From: an uncultured Methanosarcinales archaeon
GTDB taxonomy: Archaea > Nanobdellota > Nanobdellia > Woesearchaeales > CAYZNE01
Direction of reading: 5' to 3'
Assembly (NCBI GenBank): GCA_964405295.1
Contig: CAYONI010000002.1
Coordinates: forward strand, 59,133-123,132
Length of the DNA stretch: 64,000 nucleotides
Position 1 is the first letter of the stretch. Every line of letters begins with the position of its first letter. Under the pieces are notes generated by a model, which saw only the letters and a list, made by a program, of their open reading frames with translations, made no database searches and was not told where the DNA came from. A program made the position numbers and the translations under genes. Shown here piece by piece: positions 8,905-19,870 of this stretch.

Positions 8905-11900
8905 TTGACAATTATTAAGAAACTAGAGATGAAGGGCTTTAAGTCGTTTGCCAATAAAGTAGAAATGGACTTTGGAAATGGCTTTAATTGTGTTCTAGGG
9001 CCAAATGGGTCAGGTAAAAGTAATGTTATTGATGCTTTATGTTTTGTTCTTGGAAAATCTGGTGCAAAAGGTCTGAGAGCTGAGAAAACAGGAAATCTTG
9101 TTTATAATGGTGGAAAATCTAAATCACCTGCAAAATTTGCAGAAGTTAGCATATATTTCTCAAATCTAAAAAATGAATTTCCTGCTGAAGGTGATGAAAT
9201 AAAAATTACAAGAGTTCTAAGTCCTAAAGGAAACAGTAAATATAAGATAAATGATAAAACTGTCACAAGAACTCAAATAATTGAGTTGCTAGGAGCTGCA
9301 AGAATTAATCCTGATGGTTATAATATTATCCTGCAAGGTCAAATTACTCAAATGATTGAGATGTCTTCAGATCAAAGAAGAAAGATGATTGAAGAAATTG
9401 CAGGAATTTCTGTTTATGAAGATAAAAAAAGAAAGTCATTAAATGAGTTGGATAGAGTTGAGCAAAGAGTAAATGAAGCAGAAGTTATTCTTGCAGAAAG
9501 AGATACTTATATTAAAGAGTTAAGGAAAGATAGAAATCAAGCATTGAAGTATAAAGAACTTGATGATAAAATAAAAAGAAACAAGTTCACCTTACTTTCA
9601 TATAAAAAAGAAGATAATTCTAAGAATCTAACTAATCTTGAAAAACAATTAACAAAATTTCATGTAGATAATAAAAAGTTTCAAGAAACTATTGGCAAGG
9701 TAAAGAAAACAATTACTGAAAAGAATTCTGAGATTGCAAAAATCAATAAAGAGATTGAGTCTCGAGGAGAAAAAGATCAAGTTGCACTTCACAAACAAGT
9801 TGAAAAACTAAAAGTTGATGTTGCAGTTAATAATCAGAGAATACAAACTTTGGATACTGAAATAGAAAAGATTGCTCTAAGAAAAAAAGAGTTAGAATCA
9901 ACTAAGTCAGAAATAAAATTAAAACTTAATTTAATCGATAAGCAAAAGAAAGATAAGCAAAAGGCGATAAATACAAAAGAGCAAGAGTTAAAAAATATAG
10001 AAAAAGCTATTTCTGATTTTAGAAAAAAGAATTCTCTTGATGGTGTAGCAGGAATAGATAAAGAAATAACTAAATTAGACTCCGACTCTGATAAAATGCA
10101 AGAAGAATTGCATAAACTTCGTGAAGATCAACAAAATGTTATGAGAGAAAAAGATAGAGTCGAAATCATGCTCCAAAGTATTGATGACAAAATAGAAAAA
10201 GTTCTTGAGCTCTCAAAGAAGAATAAGGATGAACTTGAAAATCTTAAGGTGAATAAACAATCTTTCAAAAGAGCAACAAAAGAGTTAAGTACAGCTTTAT
10301 CTGAAAACTCAAGTTTAGCTCTACAATTAAATAATGCGCGTTCAAAATTATTAAGTAAAAAAGAAGAAGAATCAAAACTTAGAGCAAAATCTTCAAACAT
10401 TCGGGAATCTATTGCTGGAGGGATGGCAATACGTGGAATTATGGATAATAAAAGCCAGTTTTCTGGCCAAGTATTCGGAACTGTTTCTGATCTTGGGAAT
10501 GTAAAATCAAAATATGCATTGGCACTTGAAGTTGCAGCAGGCGGAAGGATAAAAAGTATTGTTGTTGACACTGCAAACACTGCTGCAAACTGTATTAAGT
10601 TTCTTAAAGAGAAAAGATTGGGCATTGCAACTTTTTTACCAATGGATAAAATTAATGCACCTTTGATTAAAACAGAATTAAGAACTATGAAGCGAGCAGG
10701 AGTTGAAGGTTTAGCTCTTGATCTAATTGAGTATCAACCACAATTTAAGAAAATATTCTCTTATGTTTTTGGAAATACTCTTGTTGTTGATGATATTGAT
10801 ACTGCTAGAAATATTGGTGTTGGTGGAACAAGAATGGTTACTTTAACAGGTGACTTAGTCGAGACTAGCGGTGCAATGCAAGGTGGACATAGAGTTAAGC
10901 AGAGAGGTCTTGGATTTCAGGAGAAAGAACTTTCTCAAGGTCTAGAAAAACTAGAAAAAGAAATTAATGATATTGAGATTACTATTGGTTCACTGGAAAA
11001 TAAGAGAAGTATTAATGAAGAATTAATACAAAAATTGAGAGTTGAAAAAGCAGAACTTGAAGGGGATATAATAAAATTAGAGAAAACTCTTCACATAGAT
11101 TCAGAAGATCTTGATGCAAGTAATAAAGCTAAGGAAAGGTTAAAGAAAGAGGAATCTGAATTAGAAACAAAACTTGATGCAGCTCAAGATAAGATTTCTG
11201 ACAAGACAAGAGAGTTAACTCAAATAAAAATTAAGAAACAAGAATTAAGAGAAAAAGTAAATCAGTTAAATAATCCTATAAAAATAGCAGAATTAAATAC
11301 CCTTGAAGAGAAAAGAGCAGAGTTTAAGATGTTAATTATTCAGTTGCAGGGTGATATAAAGAATCTTGAATCAGAATCTTCAAGCATTTTTAGACCTGAA
11401 ATTGATAATATAGATAAAATCTTAAAACAACATTCAAGAGAAGATGCCGATTTTACAAAAGAACAAAAAAATCTTATTTCACTTATTAAAACACAAGAAA
11501 AAGAGCTTCTAACAAAAGAAAAAGATGAGAAAAAGTTTTATGCACAGTTTAAAGGATTATTTAATGAAAGATCAAAACTATCTGAAGAAGTTTCTAAATT
11601 TGAGAATAAAGTTTTCAATAATAGTACAACAATAAAAGTTAATGAAGCAAAGATAAATGCAATCAAGCTTGATACTGCAAGAATAAAAGCAGAGATTGCA
11701 GGTCTAAAAGAAGAAATGAAACAATATAAGGATGTCCACCCATTCAAAGACAAGGAAATCTCAAAAATAGAAAGAGAAATAAAACAATTTGAGAGAATGG
11801 CAGATGACCTCGGTGCAGTAAATATGAAAGCACTTGAAATATATGATCGTGCAAAGAATGAACATAAATTATTATCTGATAAGAAGAGATCTCTTGCAAA

Positions 11901-12399
11901 AGAAAAAAAAGATGTCCTAGTTTTAATAAATGAAATTGATTCAAAGAAAAAAGAGTTATTTATGGTTACATATGAAGTTATTAATAAGAATTTTAAAAGA
12001 ATTTTTTCAGCTCTAACTACCAAGGGCGAAGGTGCAATTTATTTAGAGAATCCACAAGATATTTTTGAAGCAGGGTTAAGTATTAAAGTAAGACTAAAGG
12101 GAAAAAGATTCCTTGATATAAGATCCTTATCAGGAGGAGAAAAAACTTTAACTGCACTTTCATTTTTATTTGCAGTTCAAGAACATGAACCAGCATCATT
12201 CTATGTTTTAGACGAAGTAGATGCAGCACTTGATAAAAGAAACTCTGAAAAACTTGCGCAACTTGTTGCAGATTATTCACACAAAGCACAGTATCTTGTG
12301 ATAAGTCACAATGATTCAATAATTACAGATGCAGAGAATCTTTATGGTATTTCTATGAATGAACATGGAATAAGTAAAGTTACAACATTAAAGTTATAA
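8905..12399 (+). CDS. smc: chromosome segregation protein SMC
   Basis: Walker A GPNGSGKSN, long coiled coils, hinge, ABC signature LSGGEKTLTALSFLFA, Walker B FYVLDEVDAALD; TTG start. Confidence 0.9.
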   Translation: MTIIKKLEMKGFKSFANKVEMDFGNGFNCVLGPNGSGKSNVIDALCFVLGKSGAKGLRAEKTGNLVYNGGKSKSPAKFAEVSIYFSNLKNEFPAEGDEIKITRVLSPKGNSKYKINDKTVTRTQIIELLGAARINPDGYNIILQGQITQMIEMSSDQRRKMIEEIAGISVYEDKKRKSLNELDRVEQRVNEAEVILAERDTYIKELRKDRNQALKYKELDDKIKRNKFTLLSYKKEDNSKNLTNLEKQLTKFHVDNKKFQETIGKVKKTITEKNSEIAKINKEIESRGEKDQVALHKQVEKLKVDVAVNNQRIQTLDTEIEKIALRKKELESTKSEIKLKLNLIDKQKKDKQKAINTKEQELKNIEKAISDFRKKNSLDGVAGIDKEITKLDSDSDKMQEELHKLREDQQNVMREKDRVEIMLQSIDDKIEKVLELSKKNKDELENLKVNKQSFKRATKELSTALSENSSLALQLNNARSKLLSKKEEESKLRAKSSNIRESIAGGMAIRGIMDNKSQFSGQVFGTVSDLGNVKSKYALALEVAAGGRIKSIVVDTANTAANCIKFLKEKRLGIATFLPMDKINAPLIKTELRTMKRAGVEGLALDLIEYQPQFKKIFSYVFGNTLVVDDIDTARNIGVGGTRMVTLTGDLVETSGAMQGGHRVKQRGLGFQEKELSQGLEKLEKEINDIEITIGSLENKRSINEELIQKLRVEKAELEGDIIKLEKTLHIDSEDLDASNKAKERLKKEESELETKLDAAQDKISDKTRELTQIKIKKQELREKVNQLNNPIKIAELNTLEEKRAEFKMLIIQLQGDIKNLESESSSIFRPEIDNIDKILKQHSREDADFTKEQKNLISLIKTQEKELLTKEKDEKKFYAQFKGLFNERSKLSEEVSKFENKVFNNSTTIKVNEAKINAIKLDTARIKAEIAGLKEEMKQYKDVHPFKDKEISKIEREIKQFERMADDLGAVNMKALEIYDRAKNEHKLLSDKKRSLAKEKKDVLVLINEIDSKKKELFMVTYEVINKNFKRIFSALTTKGEGAIYLENPQDIFEAGLSIKVRLKGKRFLDIRSLSGGEKTLTALSFLFAVQEHEPASFYVLDEVDAALDKRNSEKLAQLVADYSHKAQYLVISHNDSIITDAENLYGISMNEHGISKVTTLKL

Positions 12400-12420
12400 T
12401 TGTATTGGGGGTTTAATAAA

Positions 12421-13479
12421 ATGCTAGAATTTTTATCAGGATATGTGGTGTGGAATAATAGTTTATTAAACTATATATATTTTATTCTGTTTGTTGCATT
12501 TTCCTTTTTAGTTGCAAAATTTATTGCATTTATATTCAATAAATATTTACATGCTATGGCTAAGAAAACTAAAACACAAATTGATGATATACTTGCTGAT
12601 GCTTTTGAAAAGCCAATACTTTTCACATTGTTTTTCTTAGGTATTTATTTTGCTTTTAAGTATTTGGTTTTGTCGCCTGCATTTGAGAATGTATTAAGTA
12701 AAATTTTTACTGTAATTACAACTATTCTTATCACTTGGGGTGTTACGAAATTATCACATTCTGCTCTTGAAATATATTGGATGCCAAAGGCAAAGAAATC
12801 AAAAAATACTGTTGATGATAATTTAATTCCTGTTGTTAAGTCATTGGTTTCGTGGGTAATATGGGCAATTTCTTTAATATTTATATTAAGTAATCTTGGT
12901 ATCAATGTTACTTCGTTAGTTGCAGGTCTTGGAATTGGAGGTCTTGCAATTGCATTTGCACTGCAAGGAGTATTTGTAGATATTTTTGCGTCTATATCTA
13001 TATATTTAGATAAGCCTTTTCATGTTGGAGACTATATTGTTATCGGTGCTCATTCTGGAACAGTAAAAAAAATTGGCATCAAAACAACAAGAATTGAAAC
13101 TTTACAAGGAGAAGAACTTGTTGTTTCAAATAAAGAACTTACTGAAACAAGAATTCAGAATTATAAAAAGATGAAAAAGAGAAGAGTTGTATTTAAACTA
13201 GGTGTTGAATACGGGACTTCTCCTAAAAAACTTAAAAATATCCCTATTATTATTAAAAAGATTATAGATCGAATTGGTAAAGTTGATTTTGATAGAGCAC
13301 ACTTCACAGGATTTGGTGATTTTTCTTTAGATTTTGAGATAGTTATGTTTATAGACACTCAAGATTATGCAATCTATAAAGATATTCAGCAAAAAGTAAA
13401 TCTAGGTATTGTTGAAGCATTTGCAAAAGATAAAATAGAAATGGCATTTCCTACACAAACAATTTTTGTTAAGAAGTGA
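12421..13479 (+). CDS. MscS-family mechanosensitive channel
   Basis: Pore helix plus beta domain GLGIGGLAIAFALQGVFVDIFASISIYLDKPFHVGDYIVIGAHSGTVKKIGIKTTRIETLQGEELVVSN. ATG at 12421 is preferred over the ORF-track start at 12400. Confidence 0.85.
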   Translation: MLEFLSGYVVWNNSLLNYIYFILFVAFSFLVAKFIAFIFNKYLHAMAKKTKTQIDDILADAFEKPILFTLFFLGIYFAFKYLVLSPAFENVLSKIFTVITTILITWGVTKLSHSALEIYWMPKAKKSKNTVDDNLIPVVKSLVSWVIWAISLIFILSNLGINVTSLVAGLGIGGLAIAFALQGVFVDIFASISIYLDKPFHVGDYIVIGAHSGTVKKIGIKTTRIETLQGEELVVSNKELTETRIQNYKKMKKRRVVFKLGVEYGTSPKKLKNIPIIIKKIIDRIGKVDFDRAHFTGFGDFSLDFEIVMFIDTQDYAIYKDIQQKVNLGIVEAFAKDKIEMAFPTQTIFVKK

Positions 13480-13966
13480 TTAGCTTTTTCTTTTATTTTT
13501 ATTATGAACAAAAAAATAGAAGAATTTGGTTTTTAGGTTTGGTATTAATGCATTCTTTTTTTGGTATACTGAAAATCTTTGATTTTCATTATATTCTTTA
13601 GAACACATAAGTATATAAACTTTTAAAATAAAAATATGATATAGGGGTTATTGTTCTCAAAAAAGCTATTAATCAAAGACAAAATTTTTTTTGGACGCCA
13701 TCCGTTTAAGTGTTAGAAGGATGACATTTTAGAAACTTTAGTAATAAAATTATGCAGGTGTTGCTACAATAGAAAGCGGAAGAACTCTAGAAATTATTTC
13801 TGAATTTGTTTCACCAGATACTAAGTTCGCTTATCCTAAACCAGACTATTTAAGATATTATCCTTCTGAAGTGATTAGAAGTAAGAAATACCCTGAAGGA
13901 TTCTTTAATGGGGTTGATATATGAGGAAGAATAATTTATTATCTTGATAGTGAATTAGGGATTTAT

Positions 13967-14572
13967 GTGTTGCAGAGGAAATACGAAGTAATTTCTTATC
14001 AAATTTGGAAAAGTGTTATGGTTTGTCCTAAAGAAGAATTCTTTGATGAATATAATTTGCAAGAAAAAGATAGAAAAGAAATATTTGAGAAATTTGTTGA
14101 AAATATAGGTGAAGATTATAGTCCTACAGTGAAAGAAGTAAAAAGAAAATTAAAGTTTCTTATAGGTTTTGAAAATATTAAAAATAATCTTGAAAATTAT
14201 GAAACTGTTCCTTTGTTGGAGCTATATGATAAAAAGATTAATCCTTTAAGGGTAGATATTCGGCCTTATTTAGGAGATAACATTGCTTCATTTAAAATTG
14301 CAACTTGGTTGGTATCTAGAATTGCTAAAGAAAATTTTGATGTTGTTAAAGAACAGTTACATATGAGATTGAATATATATAAGTTCATGAAACAGCTAAC
14401 AAATTTAGAATCACAATTAAAGCTTGGAAATGTCTTAAATTCTTTTAATAATATTAATCAGACTGGAAAATATGCTGTGGATCATAATAAGATTATTCCT
14501 AATTATGAAATGAGATTTAGCAATAAACCAAGATCTTTCCCTCTAAACATTCCCAATAAACACATTGCTTAG
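13967..14572 (+). CDS. hypothetical protein
   Basis: GTG-start ORF with no recognisable motif. Confidence 0.3.
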   Translation: MLQRKYEVISYQIWKSVMVCPKEEFFDEYNLQEKDRKEIFEKFVENIGEDYSPTVKEVKRKLKFLIGFENIKNNLENYETVPLLELYDKKINPLRVDIRPYLGDNIASFKIATWLVSRIAKENFDVVKEQLHMRLNIYKFMKQLTNLESQLKLGNVLNSFNNINQTGKYAVDHNKIIPNYEMRFSNKPRSFPLNIPNKHIA

Positions 14573-15460
14573 ATGCCGTTTGCAAACTTCTTGTGCAGAA
14601 TAGAGTGTAGAAATAGGTGTTGGTATTATATCTTGCATTTTATACATGGGAAATGCTCTTGATAGGTGTAGAATTGTTTCTTCACCAAGATTTTCTTTTA
14701 TCCAAATTGCAATCTTCTCAATTTCTTCAAGAGAATTATTCTTTGATTCAAGAATTAAATTAGTAACTTCAATATGAACGTTATTTTCTTTTAAGATTTT
14801 CAGAGATTCAAGAACTGGTTCAAGCTTTGCAGAGCATATTTTTTTATAAAAATCTTTGTTAAAAGATTTTAAATCAATGTTTGCAGCAGAAATATATTTA
14901 CATAATTCTTTTAGTGGTTCTGGATTAATGAACCCATTTGAAACGATTACGCACTCAATATTATTTTGTTTTGCAAGTTTTGCAATATCAATCATATATT
15001 CATAAAATACTGTTGGTTCATTATAGGTAAAGGCAATTAGGTTTAGATTTTTTTCTTTTGTTATCTTAATTACTTCTTCAGGGGCTACTGTTTCTATCTT
15101 TTCAATGAAATCAATAGCCTTACTTTGAGAAATATCATAATTTTGACAAAACTTACATTTTAGATTGCAACCAATTGTTCCAATAGATAAAATCTGTTTT
15201 CCAGAATGAAAATTAAATAATGGTTTTTTTTCAATAGGATCAACAGAGATAGAGCAAGGTTTGCCATAAGTTAAGCTGTATAGTATTCCTTTAATATTAA
15301 TTCTTGTGTTGCAAATACCTGTATTATTTTCTTTTATAATACAATTATGAGGGCATAGAGTACAGTTTACCAGAGAATTTTCGAGTTTCTCGTAAAATTT
15401 ACACTCTTTTAGTTTGTTCGGGTTTAGTTTAACCATCTTATTCATAAACTTTAAAAACAA
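14543..15460 (-). CDS. radical SAM enzyme (AmmeMemoRadiSam-system / PflA-like activase type)
   Basis: N-terminal CTLCPHNCIIKENNTGICNTR followed by CNLKCKFCQNY (CxxxCxxC). Confidence 0.7.
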   Translation of the reverse strand: MFLKFMNKMVKLNPNKLKECKFYEKLENSLVNCTLCPHNCIIKENNTGICNTRINIKGILYSLTYGKPCSISVDPIEKKPLFNFHSGKQILSIGTIGCNLKCKFCQNYDISQSKAIDFIEKIETVAPEEVIKITKEKNLNLIAFTYNEPTVFYEYMIDIAKLAKQNNIECVIVSNGFINPEPLKELCKYISAANIDLKSFNKDFYKKICSAKLEPVLESLKILKENNVHIEVTNLILESKNNSLEEIEKIAIWIKENLGEETILHLSRAFPMYKMQDIIPTPISTLYSAQEVCKRHLSNVFIGNV

Positions 15461-15509
15461 AACTATAATTTGTTATATTACTGATTATATTTATACTTAT
15501 TGATTTAAA

Positions 15510-16226
15510 ATGGCTGAAAAACTTCGAATTCCAAAACATTTGGGTATTATTCTTGATGGAAACAGGCGATTTGCAAAGAAAATATCAAAGCTTTCCTGGG
15601 AAGGCCATGCATATGGGGCTAACACTTTTAGGAATTTTTTAGACTGGTGTAAAGAGCTAGGAATGAAAGAATTAACTATATATACTCTTTCTGCACAAAA
15701 TCTTCAAAGGTCTAAGATTGAAGTTGATACTTTAATAAAGCTTGTAAAAGAGCGATTTTCATATTTTCTAACTGATAAAGGGTTTGTAGAATTAGAACAA
15801 GACCAAGTAAAAATAAATTTTATTGGAAGAACAAATCTGCTTCCTAAAGATATACAAAAAATGATTTTTGAATTAGAAGAAAAAACAAAAGATTTTAATG
15901 TATTTGTTATAAACTTTGCAATGGCTTATGGTGGAAGAGAAGAAATAGTAGATGCAGTAAAGAAAATTGTTGAGGATATTGCATCTGGAAAACTATCTAA
16001 AGAAGATATTAACACAGAATTATTTGGAGGATATTTATATCTTAATTCTGAACCAAACTTAATCATAAGACCTTCAGGCGCAATAAGAACATCTAATTTC
16101 TTACCTTGGCAATCAATATACTCTGAATGGGTATTTATTGATAAGCTTTGGCCAGAGTTCACAAAAGAAGATTTGATCTATTGTTTGCAAGAGTTTTCTT
16201 CTAGAGAACGAAGATTCGGAAAGTAA
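15510..16226 (+). CDS. uppS: tritrans,polycis-undecaprenyl-diphosphate synthase (cis-prenyltransferase)
   Basis: HLGIILDGNRRFAKK, NFAMAYGGREEI, and IRPSGAIRTSNFLPWQSIYSEW. Confidence 0.9.
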   Translation: MAEKLRIPKHLGIILDGNRRFAKKISKLSWEGHAYGANTFRNFLDWCKELGMKELTIYTLSAQNLQRSKIEVDTLIKLVKERFSYFLTDKGFVELEQDQVKINFIGRTNLLPKDIQKMIFELEEKTKDFNVFVINFAMAYGGREEIVDAVKKIVEDIASGKLSKEDINTELFGGYLYLNSEPNLIIRPSGAIRTSNFLPWQSIYSEWVFIDKLWPEFTKEDLIYCLQEFSSRERRFGK

Positions 16227-16259
16227 GCTTTTTAAAACACTGAGCGTTTTCTTATTGCT

Positions 16260-17204
16260 ATGGGAGAATTACCATTTGAGAAAATAAAAAGAGAAAGAAT
16301 TATATTTGAAGGATTCAAGTTCATTAAAGCTGCACCCCTTACTACTGATTATCTTCTACATAATGGAATCATATTAATAGACAAACCTGCAGGCCCAACA
16401 AGTCACCAGGTTAGTGACCAAATTAAGAAAATTTTAAAACTTAAAAAGGCAGGTCATTCTGGAACATTAGACCCCAATGTAACAGGATTATTACCAGTTG
16501 CACTTGACAAAGGAACTAAGGTAATCCAAGCACTTCTGAACGCAGGGAAGGAATATGTTTGTGTAATGCATGTTCATAAAGATATTGAAGAGAAAAAACT
16601 AAGAGAAGTAATAATGTCTTTTGTTGGAAAGATAAGGCAGCTACCCCCAGTAAAGAGTGCAGTTAAGAGGCAAGAAAGAACAAGAGAAGTATATTCTATT
16701 GAGATTCTTGAAATAAAAGATAGAGATGTTTTATTTTTTGTCGATTGTCAGGGCGGAACTTATATTCGAAAACTCTGTTCTGACATTGGAGAAAAATTAG
16801 GTTGTGGAGCTCACATGGCTGAACTTCGTAGAACAAAAGCAGGGCCTTTTAATGAATCTAAAATTATTAATCTTCATGATTTAGCTGATGCATTTCACGA
16901 GCATAAAAATGGCAAGGATACAGAGCTTAGAAAAATAATTTTACCCACAGAGGCAGGGGTTAAACACTTACCTAAGATTTGGGTTAAGAAGACTACAGTT
17001 AAATCCCTATCTCAAGGTGCACAACTAAAAGTTGTTGGGGTTGGAGCTTTTGAGTCAGGAATAAAAAAAGATGACATGGTTGCAGTTATGACACCTGAGA
17101 ATAAATTGTTATTAATAGGTAATTCAAAAGTTACTTCAAAAGAGCTTTCTAATAATAAGCAGGGTATTGTCGTAAAAACACTAAGAGTTTTTCTGAATAA
17201 TTAA
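16260..17204 (+). CDS. cbf5: tRNA pseudouridine synthase / H/ACA RNP catalytic subunit Cbf5
   Basis: TruB motif AGHSGTLDPNVTGLL with catalytic Asp; C-terminal PUA domain. Confidence 0.9.
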   Translation: MGELPFEKIKRERIIFEGFKFIKAAPLTTDYLLHNGIILIDKPAGPTSHQVSDQIKKILKLKKAGHSGTLDPNVTGLLPVALDKGTKVIQALLNAGKEYVCVMHVHKDIEEKKLREVIMSFVGKIRQLPPVKSAVKRQERTREVYSIEILEIKDRDVLFFVDCQGGTYIRKLCSDIGEKLGCGAHMAELRRTKAGPFNESKIINLHDLADAFHEHKNGKDTELRKIILPTEAGVKHLPKIWVKKTTVKSLSQGAQLKVVGVGAFESGIKKDDMVAVMTPENKLLLIGNSKVTSKELSNNKQGIVVKTLRVFLNN

Positions 17205-18079
17205 GCTAATGCCTTTTTTATTCTGTAAATTGTAGAATAAGAAATATTCATTCCATTGCCTTTAACATGTTCTTGAATTTCTTTATACTTCTTTTTTTGT
17301 TTTATCATTAATTGAATTTCTGAAGTTAAGCCCAATTTGCTTGCATATAATTTATCATAACGATTTCTTAATGCAACATTTTGTTTTACACCTATCTTTA
17401 TGTAAGAAATTATTTTTTCTTCAAGAGAATCTTGTTTTTTAGAAAATTCCCTGCACTCATCAATTATTGAATTAAGAGATTTTTTATTATTATAGGAATT
17501 TATTACTTTTTCATACATTTGATCAGGTGGTGTTTGGAGTATTTTCTTTTTTATTGTAGAATAAGCAACTACAGCTAAAGGAATTAAGCTTGCAAGCCCC
17601 AATAAATATTTTTTCTTTGGCTTATTATGAGAAGAAATTATTTTTTTGGGAATAACAGGTTTTCTTGCAATATCAAAAGTATATGTTATATCTGTTACTA
17701 ATTCTTGCCCAGGATGTATGATATCTACTAGTCCATCACTGCCATGAACTTGTTTACCATCAACATATTTTATTGTATCATTTTTTTTAGTCGGGTTTAG
17801 ATTCGAGAGTTCTTGTATTTTTCTAATCTTAGTTGATATGTTTTGATTTGTTGCATCATAACTTAATTTATTTTTCGCAATTTTCCATAAACTATCCCCT
17901 TTTTTTACAAAATATTTTTGTGGTTGTTCTAATTTTTTTATTGTATATTCTAATTTTGATTTTTCAGGTTTAGGAATTGTTTTTGCATTTAATCTTGCAC
18001 AGCCCAGAGTTCCAAAAAATATAGATGATATGGCCACATATGGAATAAGTACTTTTTTTAATTTGCTTAAAAAACCCAT
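17201..18079 (-). CDS. LysM-domain membrane/lipoprotein
   Basis: LysM signature YFVKKGDSLWKIAKNKL; N-terminal signal with lipobox GTLGC; internal TM. Confidence 0.5.
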   Translation of the reverse strand: MGFLSKLKKVLIPYVAISSIFFGTLGCARLNAKTIPKPEKSKLEYTIKKLEQPQKYFVKKGDSLWKIAKNKLSYDATNQNISTKIRKIQELSNLNPTKKNDTIKYVDGKQVHGSDGLVDIIHPGQELVTDITYTFDIARKPVIPKKIISSHNKPKKKYLLGLASLIPLAVVAYSTIKKKILQTPPDQMYEKVINSYNNKKSLNSIIDECREFSKKQDSLEEKIISYIKIGVKQNVALRNRYDKLYASKLGLTSEIQLMIKQKKKYKEIQEHVKGNGMNISYSTIYRIKKALA

Positions 18080-18155
18080 ATTAAAGAAGTAGTAAAATAA
18101 TTTAAAATACTTTTCTAAGAAAAAGATAAGTTATTTACGGCAAAATCCGAAAATC

Positions 18156-18578
18156 TTATTTGTTATTGTTATTTCCCTGCAGAACTTTGTGTAACAATCT
18201 CTCAATTCTTTTAAGATCTTGCTGCATATTCTCAATCTCTCTTTCAGATTTTCTGTTAATATAATAATCTCTTTCAGCTTTAGCTCGGTCTCTTTCGGCT
18301 GCCCTGTTTTGACTCATAAGGATTATAGGGGCTTGCAATGCTGCAAGACAAGATAGTACTAGGTTAAGAAGAATAAAAGGTTTTGGATCCCATGCAAAAA
18401 TAAGAATCATGCTATTTATCAGTACCCATAGAAATAAGAATCCTAAGAATGCAAGTATAAATGTCCAACTTCCTCCAAAAGAAGTTATCTTATCTGAAAT
18501 AATCTGCCCTTTAGTAAGCTTAGGCCTAGACTGTGTAGAATTTGATTTATCCTCTTTTTTAGTTACTCCAATCACCAT
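18156..18578 (-). CDS. DUF1003-family membrane protein
   Basis: Two TMs with DPKPFILLNLVLSCLAALQAPIILMSQNRAAERDR followed by a coiled coil. Confidence 0.55.
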   Translation of the reverse strand: MVIGVTKKEDKSNSTQSRPKLTKGQIISDKITSFGGSWTFILAFLGFLFLWVLINSMILIFAWDPKPFILLNLVLSCLAALQAPIILMSQNRAAERDRAKAERDYYINRKSEREIENMQQDLKRIERLLHKVLQGNNNNK

Positions 18579-18664
18579 CTTTTTACCTATAAATCAGCTT
18601 CATCATTTATATAGTTTGTTGTTAATACAAAAACAATATAAATAGTCCTTTCTTCCTTATTATT

Positions 18665-19870
18665 ATGAATATTGGGTCACAGCCATGGATAAGGAAGTAT
18701 TCTCCAGATAAGATTAAGGATATTGTTGGTCAAGATCCTGCAATAGCAAAAGTCATGAATTTTCTTGAGATTAAACCAAAAGGTAAAGCCTTACTTTTTC
18801 ATGGCCCAACAGGTTCAGGAAAAACTAGCTGTGTGCAAGCAATTGCCAGAGAAAAAGATTACGAACTTCTTGAAATAAATGCAAGTGACTCAAGAAATAA
18901 GAATGCAATTGAATCTCTTTTAGGTATGGCTGTAAAACAAAGAAGTCTTTTTGCAAAAGAAAAATTAATTCTAGTTGACGAGATAGATGGCCTTTCAGGA
19001 AGAAAAGATCGTGGTGCAGTAACTGCAATAAAAAATATTGTGAAAAAAAGTTCTTTTCCTATAATTATGACTGCAAATGATGCTTATGCAGATAAATTAA
19101 AAGTTTTAAGAAAATTATCTGTGATAATCGATTTTTCTCCTCTTGATATGGAGGTAGTGTTTTCTTATTTAAAGAAAATTTGTGATAAAGAAAAAATAAA
19201 ATATGAAGATTCAGATTTGAAAACTCTTGCAAGAAGTTGTAATGGCGATTTAAGAGCTGCAATAAATGATTTGCAAACCTTTTCAAGTGATGGAAAATTT
19301 GATTCTGCATCATTAGATTTTCTTTTGGAAAGAGAACAAAAAGAAACAATTAAAGTTGCGCTCTTTAAAATATATAAAACTCTTAAGCCAGAGATAAGTT
19401 TGGGAGGATTTGATAATGTTGATCTAAATATAGATAAAATAATGGAGTGGGTTGAATATAATACTCCTAAAGAATACACAAAAATAAAAGATTTAGCTAG
19501 AGCTTTTGACAATATAAGTTTAGCAGATGTTTACAAAGGAAGAATAAGAAGATGGCAATACTGGAGATTTCTTGTATATATCTACCAGTTATTGAGTGTA
19601 GGTATTTCTCTATCTAAAAATGAAAAGTATTCTGAAACACCAGATTATAAACGATCGAATAAAGGACTTTCTATCTGGATGTACAACATGAAAAATGCAA
19701 AAAAGAAATCTATTGCAACAAAACTTGCAGAAGTTTCTCATCTAAGTAAAAAACAGGCTTTTAAACATGTTGATACATTAAAATTTATATTGCAAAATGA
19801 TTCTATCAGAGATAAGCTTATTGAAGAATTAGATTTAGAAGATTCTGAGCTTGAATGGTTAGAGAGATAA
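18665..19870 (+). CDS. rfcL: replication factor C large subunit
   Basis: IRKYSPDKIKDIVGQD, Walker A GPTGSGKTS, NASDSR, Walker B LVDEIDG, sensor TAND; acidic C-terminus. Confidence 0.75.
   Translation: MNIGSQPWIRKYSPDKIKDIVGQDPAIAKVMNFLEIKPKGKALLFHGPTGSGKTSCVQAIAREKDYELLEINASDSRNKNAIESLLGMAVKQRSLFAKEKLILVDEIDGLSGRKDRGAVTAIKNIVKKSSFPIIMTANDAYADKLKVLRKLSVIIDFSPLDMEVVFSYLKKICDKEKIKYEDSDLKTLARSCNGDLRAAINDLQTFSSDGKFDSASLDFLLEREQKETIKVALFKIYKTLKPEISLGGFDNVDLNIDKIMEWVEYNTPKEYTKIKDLARAFDNISLADVYKGRIRRWQYWRFLVYIYQLLSVGISLSKNEKYSETPDYKRSNKGLSIWMYNMKNAKKKSIATKLAEVSHLSKKQAFKHVDTLKFILQNDSIRDKLIEELDLEDSELEWLER

Noticed and set aside
10128-12319. Antisense ORFs inside the smc gene (10128..10625, 11538..12023, 11744..11944, 12083..12319)
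   Set aside because: They lie entirely within a high-confidence SMC coding region on the opposite strand. They have low-complexity Ser/Phe/Leu-rich translations, typical of antisense frames of Lys/Glu-rich genes.
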